Shown here piece by piece: positions 1 through 11,356 of a stretch of 64,000 bases of DNA. The stretch comes from Isurus oxyrinchus. Taxonomy: Eukaryota. Below the pieces are notes generated by a model. That model made no database searches. It was not told the DNA's origin and was given only the letters and a program-made list of their open reading frames with translations. The translations under genes were made by a program, and so were the position numbers. The stretch covers positions 10,230,001 through 10,294,000 of the forward strand of contig JANJGN010000039.1 of NCBI GenBank assembly GCA_026770705.1. The letters run 5' to 3'. Each line of letters begins with the position of its first letter. Position 1 is the stretch's first letter.

Positions 1-690
1 GCGAACAATAATCAAGTGGTTATGGACACGCATGCGTACAGACAGTAAACATGCAGTTAGGCACACACATATCCACAAACGGCAAACAACTGGTTATGTA
101 CATAGATGCACACAAGAAATAAACAATGGCTATGCAGACACATGCTGATTAACAATACATACCTGGTTATGTATGCGCACACGCACACAATAAAAAAGTG
201 GTTATGTATACAGATGCACACAAACAGTAAACACGTGTTTATGTTCACACATAAACACAATCAATAGACAAGGGGTTATTCACCCATACAAGGAAACTTA
301 AATCTGCGATTATGTACACAATTAAACACTTACTCTAAACAATTGGTTATGCACAAACCTAAACGAGTTCCGATCACACATTCAAACAAACACCAAACAA
401 GGTGTTATGTACACACATTCACACACTAAACATTTGGTTATGTACACACATACACACAAACGGTAAACATATGGTTATGTACACGCATAAACACAAACAA
501 TAAAAATGTGGTAATGTACGAATATGCACACTAGTGGTACATATTTGGTTATGTACATACATAAACACACAAAAAAAACACTATGTTAGCTACATACATA
601 TATACAATAATAAACAAGTGGTTATGTAGAAACATACACAAAAACAATATACAAGTGGCATTGTGCACACATAGAAACAAACACAATCTG
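1..690. repeat. Degenerate ~36-bp minisatellite (GGTTATGTACACACATACACACAAACAATAAACA-like)
   Basis: GGTTATGTA(C/T) anchor recurs every ~35-38 bp, followed by CA-rich tracts. Confidence 0.85.
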
Positions 691-734
691 TCCACTTAGT
701 TCATCCACTGATCTTTCCCATTATCCTTGAAAAC

Positions 735-900
735 ACCTACCAGTGTGTGTCGATGATGGGGCCAGTGCATGTTACTGGATCGGGTGCTAATCAACCTGGC
801 AGCTTTGCCCTGAATGGTGTTGAGCTTCCTGAGTGCTGTTTGAGCAGCCCTCTTTCAAGCACTTGGCTTCTGACTGATATTCAACTGGAGCCAGTTTATT
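735..900 (-). mobile_element. CR1/L2-like LINE fragment
   Basis: 'gctttgccctgaatggtgttgagcttcctgagtg' is the reverse complement of the TLKKLDTIQDKA RT C-terminal motif seen in other copies (e.g. 8020-8055). Confidence 0.55.
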
Positions 901-949
901 ATTTCTCACTCTGTGAAACCCCATCACGACTCAAACGTAACTTTTAAAA

Positions 950-1200
950 CTTCTCTTTAACTGGCATTATTTTTAAGGAAAACAATCCCAGTTTCTTCAA
1001 ATCCCCACGTGGCTGGAATCCTTCATCCTTGTTATCACTCTCGGACACCTCATCTGCAGCCTTTCCAAGGCCCTTCCCTGTTTTGTAAAATAACATATCC
1101 ACAATTAGACACAATACTCCTGCTGAGGCGTAACCAGTCAGTTTGAAAATGTTAGTGTGAAGTTCCTCCTCAGGAGAATATTTAACTTTAGTTTTCAACC
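950..1200 (-). mobile_element. Degraded CR1 LINE RT C-terminal fragment
   Basis: ORF 944..1258(-) contains 'LKKLGLFSLK' and remnants of the RPQLEYCVQFW region. Confidence 0.6.
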
Positions 1201-1289
1201 GGACACCCAAAATTTTATTTGTGATTCCATCAGCCAAGCAGCTGCTGGTTTCACCCATTTGTCTGTGTCCCCCGTGAACCAGCTGCTCT

Positions 1290-1952
1290 AATCATACAAT
1301 TAATATGAACCAGAAACTGAACAGGACTAGCTACATAAATAATGTGGCTGCCAAAGCAGCTCAGAGACTAGGGTTAGTGCAATGAATAACTAAACTACTG
1401 GTTCCCCAAAGCCTCTCTACCATCTACAAGTTATACGTCAGGAATGTGATGGAATACGCTGCACTTGTCTGGATGAGTGCCGCTCGCACAACACTCAGGA
1501 AACTTGGCATCGTCCAGGTCAAAGCAGCCCACTTGGCTGGCACCCCATCCACAAGCATTCACTCCCTCCACCACCGGCAGACACTAGCGGCAGTGTGTGT
1601 ACCATCTACAAGATGCACTCCAACAATTAGACATGGCATCTTAAACAACACCTTCCAAGCGCACAAACTCTACCATCTATAATGACAAGGATTGCAGACA
1701 GATGGGAACACCACCACCTGGAAGTCCTCCTCCAAATTTCTCACCACGGATTGGACAAACGGAGCGGTTCCTTCACTTTTGCTGGATCAAAACCAGGAAC
1801 CCCTTCCCAAACCGCACTGTGGATGTACCTACACCATATGGTCATCGGCCGTTCAAGAAGGCAGCTCTCCACCATCTTCTCTAGGGACAATAACGGATGG
1901 GCAATTTATGATGGCCCAGCCAGTGAAGACCACACTCCGTGAATGAATAAAA
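1290..1952 (+). mobile_element. CR1/L2-like LINE, 3' end with UTR
   Basis: Encodes MEYAALVWMSAARTTLRKLGIVQVKAAHL (ORF 1446..1682). Ends in 'gtgaatgaataaaa' tail. Same family as 21465-22472. Confidence 0.85.
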
Positions 1953-2289
1953 GGTTCCTGATCACCCTTTCTCCGTTTCCTGTCTCTAGGTCAATGTCAC
2001 ATCCTCTCTGCCACAACCTCTATACCCCATGCATTTCCATTTCCATAACATGTTTATTTAATGGTGCCTGATCGCACACCTCTGGAAACACCATCTGTGT
2101 AACAAGAGACCGACTATCATCGTTAACGTGTTCAGATATTCAGTAAGAGGCCTCGATCTAATTTATCAGAAAGGTATTCTTTTATATTAAGTTTCCCACT
2201 TCTCTTATGTTACATGAACCGATACATATTTTTTTGGAATGGTCACAGGTTTTGCCCTCCATCATGTGTTCTAGGAACTGAGCCATCAG

Positions 2290-2480
2290 CCCCATTCAAC
2301 GGCCTGGCTGCAGTTAGAGAGTTTGTCCATTTTTGACAACAGGATGGAATGTTTACAAGTTTCCAGTCCTCCGGCGTCACTCCAATATACAAGGGAGAAT
2401 GAAGTATTATGTACAGTGTCTCCGCTATGACTATCATCACTTCCCTCAGCAAGCCTCGGACATCTGTGTTCTGCCACAAG
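2290..2480 (-). mobile_element. CR1 LINE ORF2 fragment
   Basis: ORF 2243..2479(-) 'LLREV..IAETLYII..S...GVTPEDWKLVNI' matches the CR1 motif PRVLKE...GEVPEDWRxANV. Confidence 0.75.
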
Positions 2481-2697
2481 AGTGTTGGAATGAAAGTGGT
2501 TAACAGAAATGCCTGTTCAATGGCTGTAATTAATATCGATGGATTTTATTTGTGCCTCTGAAAGGTTGCCGACTTATATTTATAATCGGCTCCTTTCAAA
2601 GCAGTTTCCCACACTATCATCAGGAGCATTGCATCCGCCACAAATCGGGATCATCGGCTTCAGAGGGAAGGTAAGGAGAGATAACAATCTGAGGACA

Positions 2698-2940
2698 ATG
2701 GATTGGAATGTTACCACAATGGTTCACAATCTGAGAGTAATAGACTGGAATGTTCCAACAATGGGCCTGAATCTGACAACAATAGATTGAAATGTGACAA
2801 TAATGAGCAGGAGTTTCACTGCGGCACTTAACTTACTGTCTGCTGAAGATGATTGTACACTTTATACTGGCGCATCATATGGGTACTTTTGGTTATTCAA
2901 GCCGGGTACAATCCGATCCTGGCTATAATTGGTGTTCCTG
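2698..2940 (+). pseudogene. GPR139-like class A GPCR pseudogene, exon 1
   Basis: ATG at 2698, then N-terminal 7-aa repeats (MDWNVTT/IDWNVPT/MGLNLTT). In-frame TGA at 2788-2790 and a frameshift, then ...IQAGYNPILAIIGVP ending at a phase-1 donor G|GTACGT (2940/2941), the usual exon-1 end of this receptor type. Confidence 0.8.
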
Positions 2941-3707
2941 GTACGTCTTTCCATTCAGACATCAACTTGTGGAACATTTTTAACTTTGTTATTGTTCATT
3001 CCGCCTATATTTTGGTAAGACAAAAGTCATTGTGTGCAATACTGATTACATACTCCACTCCTGATCCATCCTCACCATGTCCCCTATCTGCTCATATAAA
3101 AGGATTATCCAGGTGGCTCACAACCTCTGAGGTCCTTTGTCGCAGAGGTAAGTAGCAGTCGGAGAGAAAATCCATTTTAAATGTCTCGTTCTTGTCTTCC
3201 AATTCTTTTTTCAGCTCAGCTTCTCAAGCCTAACCAGCTATCCCAAATTACTGGAACCGCTCTTGTAAGTATCGCCTTTATTCTTTCCCAAACCATTACA
3301 TCTTGTACTCTTCCCCAAACCATTACATCTTCCTGAATGTACGGTGTCCAGTGTTGGACGCAATGCACAGGAAGGGACCAAATTCATGCTTTCCGTAGAT
3401 GTATTGTAAAACCCTGCAATTCGTACCCTCTGCCGAAATTCACAATGTGGGGGATCCCATAAGCAATCTTCAGAGCTTTGGTAGCCTGTCCTGGGACGGA
3501 TAACGGAGAAGGGCAGTGGAAGGAGGGTTATCAGCTGGAAAATAAACCTGTCAAACCCGAAACCCACAGATGAGCGACCAGCATTGTGTCAGCTCAATGT
3601 TACCTTGGGTATAGTAGGAAAGGAGGATTCGCTTGCTTAGATCTGGGTGAGTGCAGGGGGTCAAGAGATTGTAAACCAGGCGGGGAAATCTCACCACGGT
3701 TAGGAGT

Positions 3708-4379
3708 AGATTTGTTGCTATTTGCCACCAAAATCTGAAAAATAAATATTGTACCGAGAAAACGGCGACAGCAGTTCTGGGAACAGTGACCGCGCTGAGC
3801 TGTTTGAAGAACATCACCTGGTATTTGATGCTCACAGGTTAGTATTTACTGAGGAACGCCCCATGGTTATTGTGGTGCAACATTTGCTTTTCAGCTCTCT
3901 CGGGCCAGCTAACGATCTAATTTCTCCATTACATTCTCACCCCCTGTGTCCCATTTACCCAGATTCTGCTGCTCAATGTTCTCACCGTCAGACACATTTT
4001 ATTGAAAGCAGTCCCCGCAAGGAGACTCCGGGCTCAGGGCAATGGGGATAGTTCCAGAAATCCAGAGATGGAGCGTAGGAGGAATTCCATCATTTTACTG
4101 CTCGTTATCTCGTTCCATCCTGTTGTGGGGAATGTTAATATTGTTTCTATCTGAGGCTGAATATCGTTCTTGTGCAATTTGCATGTTAATATAGCTTAAA
4201 TTGTGACGGAATTGGGTTTCATGCTGCAGCTCCTGAGTTGCTGCACAAACACTGGGATTTACACAGTGACCCAGCCGAAGTTCAAGGAACAGTTGACGAA
4301 TGTGCTGAGATATCCCTTTACTCGAGTTCTTCAATCCGTGCAAAGATTCGAAGAAGTTTCTCGTTGGAGAAGCAGCTGA
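3708..4379 (+). pseudogene. GPR139-like GPCR pseudogene, exon 2 remnant (end of TM3 to TM7)
   Basis: Manual translation gives RFVAICHQNLKNKYCTEKTATAVLGTVTALSCLKNITWY ... LTPCVPFTQILLLNVLTVRHIL ... NPEMERRRNSIILLLVIS ... LGFMLQLLSCCTNTGIYTVTQPKFKEQL..RYPF. Several in-frame stops. The TM1-TM3 part of the exon is absent. Confidence 0.9.
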
Positions 4380-4719
4380 AGTTCGTTGATCCTAGGACAG
4401 TAACCCGTGAAACAACGGAAGTGATGTCCTGGTGCAGAGATGACTGACCGCCATCAACCACAACCGTGTTCCTTTGTGCTAGATGTTACTCGAAATAGCG
4501 CAGCGATGGTGCTGAATGTGACATTGCATATACGGTCCTATTTCTTATTAATATTGCTCTTGATTAGTTTCCGAGCCAGCTCGCCCAAGTTGGCACAAAC
4601 CCCCAGATTCTAATGAGGAGGAATTTGGAGGATCGGCAGGGTTGACTTTACCGTTGTAACTTCCTAGGCCGATTCCATCTGCTCAGTCCCGTTTCATTCT
4701 TTTGAGACTGTGTAGCTTG

Positions 4720-4965
4720 AAGGTCCATTTCAAGGGTATTTATGAGTGAACCACCATGTTGCTGACGACCAAAAGCCACAAGTATCCCAGACAGGTAAGG
4801 ATGGCAGATTTTTATCCCTAAAGGTTACTAGTGAACAGGAGGGATTATTACGGCAATCGACCACTGTTTCAAGGTCATCTTCATTCATTTAGCAACAGGT
4901 TTTCAGTGAATTCAATTTTCAGCATGCTGCGGTGCGATTGGAACGCTGGTCCACAGAGCATTAAC
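4720..4965 (-). mobile_element. Shark-type SINE fragment (HE1/SacSINE-like)
   Basis: 'ggtaaggatggcagattt..ccctaaagg..tagtgaac' core, also present at ~9215-9250 and inverted at ~14700-14740. Confidence 0.6.
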
Positions 4966-4974
4966 CAGGGTCCC

Positions 4975-5006
<32 letters not shown>

Positions 5007-5020
5007 TTCTCTGTGTGTTT
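4975..5020. repeat. (TG)n microsatellite
   Basis: Direct observation. Confidence 0.95.
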
Positions 5021-6459
5021 GTTTGGGGGTGCCTTTCTGAGAGTGTGTGGGAGAGAGAGCATCTAGGTGAAGCGTTAAAACAATCCATGATCCTGTTGAA
5101 AGATTGACTGGCTCGTAAAACCTAATCTTCTCCTCGTGCTCCCATATATGTTTTTCACTCCTCCCCGTGCAGGCTGCAATATGGCGTCTCCGATGTTTCT
5201 GGAGCAATGGCAACTCATTTTCTCAGAATCCCCCGCGCTGGGACTGTCCTCTCTCACTGACACGGGACAAAGTTGGGTCAGTTGGACAAAGAGCAGCGAC
5301 CTGGCGCGGGGGTGAGCAAGAGGTGACCCTGAGAGGAAGGGCCGTTGGAGCAGAAGGTCGTGAGGGGAGTCAGAGCGGCCTCTGGCGGAGAGGATGGGAA
5401 CAGCAGCATGAAGTATCTCTTCCCAATTGCCCTAGTTCTGATGTTCGCGGCTCTGGGACCTTCTTCAGAAATAAAATTCAGCTTCTAAATTCACCAACAA
5501 CAACAACCATTCCCTCTGCAGAACAGCTTCACTCACTATTCCCACACTATATTCCACCATTGATTTATGAAAGAAAATCTGTCCTTGATAATTCTTTTGG
5601 AGCGTATTTAAAGTTAGTGACAGGCACTGTAAATAAGGGGCAAGAGTGCAGGTACTGTATTTGCATTCCAACTCAGCTGTTCTCTCTCTGTATCCCCATA
5701 ACCCACAGCGGTACAGACCATGAGCTGAAAAATGGGAATAGATTGCAGAGCATTTCTGGGCCAGCACAAACACAATGTGAATAAAGGCTGTAAAGAAGGG
5801 AACATGCATTCTCTCCCATGTCTTTTTTTGTTTTTGCTACGTATTTCTTTCTGGAGAAAGAATTCGTATGTGAAATTGACAACACTATCTTGGAGACAAG
5901 TTAAAATCAATTTTTAGCAAGATCCAATCTGTCGCATTAAACATTGACAATGTGTTGCCGAGGGTCACAGGCTAGAGCGAAGTTTATATACTTCCATTCT
6001 GAATTGCGATTAGAGTTTGATAACTGAATCGAATGTCCACATTGCAGTCTGAAATAAACCCCAGCTACACTTTCCAGCCAATATGTCCAAGGGGAATGAG
6101 GAAAGAGTTCATCCACAGGGTCAGCTGGTAAAAGGGCGAATTCTCGACCCGAGCGGACAGTGCAGCCCGCTGCAAACTTCAATCTCTTTCAACATTGATC
6201 AATATTCTCACTTCATCAACCTGTTTCCAGATGCAGCCATGCAATAAATTAACTTCTCTGGGACTGACGAAGGGCAGCGCCTGAATTGGCGATGAGCTGC
6301 CAGCAGAGCTTGAGATTGAGTACCTTTAATCTCAAGACAGTGAAAAGGGTTTGCGAAGAGGCTTGGACCGCGGAAGCTGCGATTGTGGAATGAACTCAAC
6401 ACTCACACTCCCATCCCGTCTGATGCTGCCCCTCACCACTCAGTGAGAAGCCCTTACAT

Positions 6460-6496
<37 letters not shown>

Positions 6497-6522
6497 TAGA
6501 GAGATAATGAGAGAAAGAGAGA
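6460..6522. repeat. (GA)n microsatellite
   Basis: Direct observation. Confidence 0.95.
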
Positions 6523-6596
6523 ATAGTTTCAAATGACCCAGCCATCACAGAAAAATGAAGAAGGCTCTTGAACGGTTCAGGTTAAGCATTCAGAAA

Positions 6597-6602
6597 TTTA
6601 TT
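6597..6602 (-). terminator. Putative polyadenylation signal AATAAA (a second one at 6762-6767)
   Basis: TTTATT on the + strand, about 260 nt downstream of the predicted stop at 6864-6866. Confidence 0.5.
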
Positions 6603-6863
6603 GAGCACAACATTCAAGCAATAACAATAGCACACAAAGTTTACAAACAATCAGATTTCCCGTTAACGCAGATGATCACAGACTGAACCTTGTTCCTGTT
6701 GTAAGCTCAGTATTGAAACACTCAAACCCTTGTAATTGGAATGCATCTTGAATTCTGCCATTTTATTGATGCCTTTCTAACTGAGAGATTTCCTTGTCTG
6801 ACTGTCCATCAATGTAAGCCTTACTTGCTGACCTGCGCAGTTTGACAGGTTTACCCTGTAGAG

Positions 6864-6901
6864 TCAATGGATCATTTCACAACATTTCTCTTGTTGGTCG
6901 C
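6864..6901 (-). CDS. Terminal coding exon of the D8C-like gene: (G)DQQEKCCEMIH*
   Basis: Strong acceptor tttttttatcatttgcacAG|GC. Phase 1 matches the upstream exon. Followed by AATAAA. Confidence 0.6.
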
Positions 6902-7670
6902 CTGTGCAAATGATAAAAAAAACTCACTTTTAACTTGCTCAGAAATAAAATTTCGTGTAAGGAAAATGTCATTCAATCTGCCTCACAGCAGTAACTTCAG
7001 TACCTTCAGCTGTTCCTTTACATTTACTTTCTGTCACAGCAACATGAGCTTGTATTATACAGCAGATCTAACACAGCTCTTGTCACAAGCAATTACTCTT
7101 ATGCCCAATCAAACCTTGACTTGTGAGTCTATTTTTTATTCTGTAAAGCCCAGCATCAAATTAACCTCTCATTCAAAAGAAACATTGATTAAAAACATGA
7201 TACATTCCCAGAGGCTGACCTTCGACAAGGGACTATCTGTTTTCCCTGTGCCCGTTCTCAGTGTTAACAGTTCCTTGAAATTTTAGCGTCTGTAAACAGT
7301 GGGAGAGCTTTAATCGAAACCTTCATTAACCAGGAGATGTTGTCATCCTAAAAGGGTCCGGAGCTGGAGGGTCAGTCTGCCTTCAGTCTGACCATAGCTC
7401 ACTGATTTAAAAGAGCGACCTCATTTTCTATTTAGCAAAGCAAAGGATGACATACGGCCCCACTCTTGTAGTGCGGAGCTGAATCAATAGCAGTATGAGA
7501 ATCACACATGCCTAGTTGTTGATGATCACTTTGCTGAGAGATTCATTGTGTTAAAGAAGCTGAAGATAAAGCAGAGCCGTCATCGAGCAGGTTTGTAAAG
7601 CACACGGAGATAGGATCAGGGCTGCTTAGTGACACTCTCCATCTCTTTCACGGTTCTTGATGGTTCACAC

Positions 7671-7725
7671 CTGAGCACAGACTGTCTTCGCACTTCAACC
7701 GGATTAGACATTGATCCTTCTGGAG
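7671..7725 (-). CDS. Internal exon: LQKDQCLIRLKCEDSLCS(G)
   Basis: Acceptor tttttctgtttgcggcAG, donor G|GTGTGA. 55 nt, phase 0 to 1, open. Confidence 0.6.
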
Positions 7726-7834
7726 CTGCCGCAAACAGAAAAATGACGGATGAGTGACACAATAAAGGGAGGGATTGGGCAGGATGATTGCATATGTGAG
7801 GGATGGACTGATAATGAGAAATATCTCAGTTCTT

Positions 7835-8240
7835 GGTTCATTCATGAGATGTGGGCTTCCAGACATCTTCTGCCCTTGTCCTTTTAGATGGTAGTGGTGG
7901 TGTGTTTGGAACGTGCTAAGGGGCCTTGGTGAGTTTCTGCAGTGCATCTTGCAGATATCACTGTGCATCGGTGGTGGAGGTGGCGATTGTTTGTTGATGG
8001 GGAGCCAATCAACGGGGCTGCTTTGTCCTGGATGGTGTTGAGCTGCTTGAGTGTTACGGAAGCTGCATTCAATCAGGCAAGTGGGGAGTCTGACATCACG
8101 CTCCTGAGTTTTCCCTGTTGATGTTGCACAGCCTTTGGCGAGTTAGGGGGTGAGTTACTCGCCACACGATCCCTAGACTCTGGCTTCCTCTTGTAGACTC
8201 AGCACCTTTATGTACTTCTGTTCATTTTCTGATCAATGGT
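7835..8240 (-). mobile_element. CR1/L2-like LINE 3' fragment (intronic)
   Basis: ORF 7884..8072(-) 'TLKQLNTIQDKAAPLIGSPST..LHHRCTV'. Confidence 0.85.
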
Positions 8241-8369
8241 TCTGGGAAGAACCAGAGGGGAAATATGAACAGTTACCTGAAATGGGAGCTCTCGATCAGT
8301 GAATACAGACTGTGAAAGGGAGGATCTGGTTCATCTCATGTTTGTTCTCAGTACAGTGCATTCTCTAAC

Positions 8370-8455
8370 CCGATCCATAATGATATCCCTCGCTCTTTCT
8401 TCATTGAGCCCTCTCACTGAAGTGACCTTCACGCGAATCGTCTTGTAGTTATTTT
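8370..8455 (-). CDS. Internal exon: (E)NNYKTIRVKVTSVRGLNEERARDIIMDR
   Basis: Acceptor ctgctgtgtttAG, donor CGG|GTTAGA. 86 nt, phase 1 to 0, open, protein-like composition. Confidence 0.6.
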
Positions 8456-9009
8456 CTAAACACAGCAGTCACAACACCAGCTGTTTAAACATACTCTGTA
8501 TTTCACGTAGGGCCCAGTTTGTATTTCATAAAATCACTTCCGTTTATGTTCTGCTTCCTCTAATCCAGCTCTTCTTTCCCTTTTTCAGTTCTCTCTCTCT
8601 CTCTCCATACCTCCCTTCATCTCACTCCATCTTATCTCAATTCTAAACTTCCCGTATATCATTCTCTATCCTTTCCTTTCACTGTCAGCACCTTGTTACC
8701 TCTCCTTATTTCGTTTTCATCCCATGTTTACGTTTTTTCATAGAGAATGATAAAGAGAGAGAGGGTGAGTGGGGGGGGGGGGGGGGGGGGCGGCGGCGGT
8801 GTGGGGAGTTGGGAGGGGGGGTGGCGTGGGGGTGGGGGGTCGTCGGGTGGGATGGGTGGGTGACCGAGAGATGAAGCCATAACTGACACAGAGACAGATT
8901 ATTGAGAAGGAAGCTCAGAAAATATTTACATAGTTGCAGCCCGTGTTTCCAATGATCTCAAACAAAGTGAATACACAATTTGCATTGTTATATTTTGTTC
9001 TGTGTCTGC

Positions 9010-9310
9010 ATCGTGGGCAAGGCCAGCATTTCCTGTCCACTCATAGCTGTCCTTCAGGAGCTAGTGGGCAGCCGCCTTCAGGAAGACCAGCAATCCTTGT
9101 GGTTTCCCATCTTCTGTAGCGGCCTGCTGCTACTTAGTGGCTGCCTGGGCCATTTCAGAGGACAGTCAGGAGTGCACATTGCTGTGAAACTGGAGACACA
9201 TAGAGGCGAGAGCGGGGAAGGATGGCAGCTTTCCTTCCCTAAAGGCAATTCCGAAAGGACAAGGATTTAACACCGATTCTGAATGATTTTTCTGGGCAAT
9301 CAACGGTTTC
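9010..9310 (-). mobile_element. Shark-type SINE fragment
   Basis: 'ggccagcatt..gggccatttcagaggacagtc..cacattgctgtg..ctggagacaca..ggatggcagctttccttccctaaagg', same family as 4720-4965. Confidence 0.6.
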
Positions 9311-9334
9311 CAAGAACCTCTTTTAATACTGAGA

Positions 9335-9490
9335 TCAATAGTGTTTTGGTCTCTCAAGGAATGAATGGATATGGGGAGCTGTCAGGAAAGTGCAGGTGAA
9401 TCCCAAGATGGGGCATGATGGTATTGAATGTGGGAGAAGGCTCTATGAGCCAAATGGTCTACTCCTGCTCCTCTGTCTTCTGTTCTCCTG
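9335..9490 (+). mobile_element. CR1 3' terminus fragment
   Basis: 'ggatatggggag...gtattgaatg..ggag..ggct..gagccaaatggtctactcctgctcct' is a typical CR1 3' UTR end. Confidence 0.6.
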
Positions 9491-9566
9491 TTATGCACAA
9501 CCTCACTAACTGGCTAACCTGATATCATTGATTCACCACAGCGAATCAGTCTGGACCACGACTCAC

Positions 9567-9591
9567 CAAGGAATTCGTCAGAAATCTTCAG
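9567..9591 (-). CDS. Micro-exon: LKISDEFL(E)
   Basis: Consensus donor G|GTGAGT and acceptor ttctgcAG (weak pyrimidine tract). 25 nt, phase 0 to 1, joins the 8455 exon in frame. Confidence 0.5.
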
Positions 9592-10535
9592 CTGCAGAAT
9601 CATCTACATTTCAACTTAGAAATAAACTAGCCGCGCACAAACTCTCAAAGTTCTGGGAGAAACCATCGAAACTTAAAGATCAGCATGGAGCGGGCAACAG
9701 GAGGGAGATAACAAGTGGCAAAGAACTGTAGTGAGGGTGGGGAGCTTGAAAAAAAGTTTGAGAATGCAGAGGTGTGACAGGAAAATGGAGGAAGAGAGAA
9801 AACGTGTCTACTTAGGAAAATTATGCAAATAACTTCAATCACTAAATTCCAATGCACTGACTCACGTCCTCCAGCTTCCCTCAGTAACTGTGTCACACTC
9901 CCTAATTTAATACGTCCCTCTCCCCTCCGTCACTGAGTCGCACTGCCCTCAGTCACTGCATCCCACTCGCTGTAGTCACTGCATCCGACTCGCTGTAGTC
10001 AGTGCATCACACTTCTCTCAGTCATTAAATCCCAACACCTCATTCGATGCATGCCACTCCCTGAGTCTTTGCACCCCACTCCATTGGGTCATTACGTTCC
10101 TTTCCCCTCTGTCACTCCATCACATTCCCCTCAGTTATTAAGAATCACTCCCCTAACTCACTCCATTTAACTACCCCTCCCTCAGTCCGTCCCATCTCGA
10201 GTGAGTACACTCTACCCCCTCAGTCATTGACGCCCGGACATGTCACACGACAGCCAACTCCACGCAGTCACTCTATCCCACACCCATGAATCGTTACATC
10301 CACTCCGCTCAGCTATGACATCCCACTCAACCTAGTTACTACATTCCACTCCCCATAGTCATTGCACCCCACTCACCTCAGGCACTTCTCCCGTCTCCCC
10401 ACAGCCACTGCATCCCATCCTCCTCACTCACTTCTCCTCTCTCTCCACTCAATCACTGCGTCACACTCTCCTCACTCATTGCATTCCACTCCACTAATAG
10501 ATTCGAACCCACTCCCATCAGTTACTGCATCCCAC

Positions 10536-10685
10536 CACGTCAGTCTGTTCAATAAAGTTTTCTGTAGACTTTAAGCTTCTGACTGATAACTGATAGCTAA
10601 GGTCATGCTGGGGTCGATGATGCAGGGTCAGTGGATTTTCCAGTCGAATATTCCTCCGATTCCGGAGTTGGTGTTTTCCCTGGAT
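10536..10685 (-). pseudogene. Stalk-exon cassette copy E: (D)PGKTPTPESEEYSTGKSTDPASSTPA*
   Basis: Acceptor ttaattgcAG|ATCCAGG, TGA at 10603-10605. About 150 bp of upstream intron flank is shared with copies B and D. Confidence 0.7.
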
Positions 10686-11356
10686 CTGCAATTAAAGCAG
10701 ATGGCATGGGAGATGGAAGTGTGCAGATCTCCTCAAGAGATCATTTAGTTGGTGGGAAAGTTGAGAAAATGTTTCACTTCATAATTTATACAGTCTGGAA
10801 TCCATCACTCACACTCTTTTCCGTCACTTCTGACTGCAGCTCAGGAACTAACTACCACTCCTCTCACTCTGTGCGTCCCACCACTGGTCACTCCATCCCA
10901 CTCCCCGACACATTACATCCGAATCTCCGCAGTAACGACATCCCAATCCAGTCACTCATTATATCCCACTTCTCTCAGTCACTGATTCCCACTCATCTCA
11001 ATCACTGCTACCCACTCACCCCACTCACTGCCGACCACCCCCCGAACTTACTCCATCACACTCCCCTCAATTACTGCATCCTACCCCGCGTCACTGCATC
11101 CTATTGCCCTCAGTTACTCGATGACTCTCTCCTCAGCCAACTCCATCCCAATCCCATATCTCACTGCTCCGCAATCCCCTCACTCACTCCTCCCAATTTA
11201 CTCACTCACTGCATTTGACTTTCCTAACTCACTCCATACAACTCACCTGAGTCACCCGGTCCCATTTCGCCCAGCCATGACATACCACTTCCTTCAGTAA
11301 CTTCATACCATTGACTTCCCTTACGACATCCCACTCCCCTAATCTCTGCCTCATAC

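Noticed and set aside
5167-5784. 205-aa ORF on the + strand
   Set aside because: Non-ATG start, no recognisable domain, and it spans compositionally unrelated segments.
7455-7560. Hydrophobic stretch ACVILILLLIQL on the minus strand as a transmembrane exon
   Set aside because: Stops in all three frames after the candidate acceptor, and the neighbouring exons already join in phase without it.
8771-8850. Poly-G tract (also poly-C at ~17968-17990 and ~34365-34406)
   Set aside because: Simple homopolymer runs. The poly-Pro/Gly ORFs over them are artefacts.
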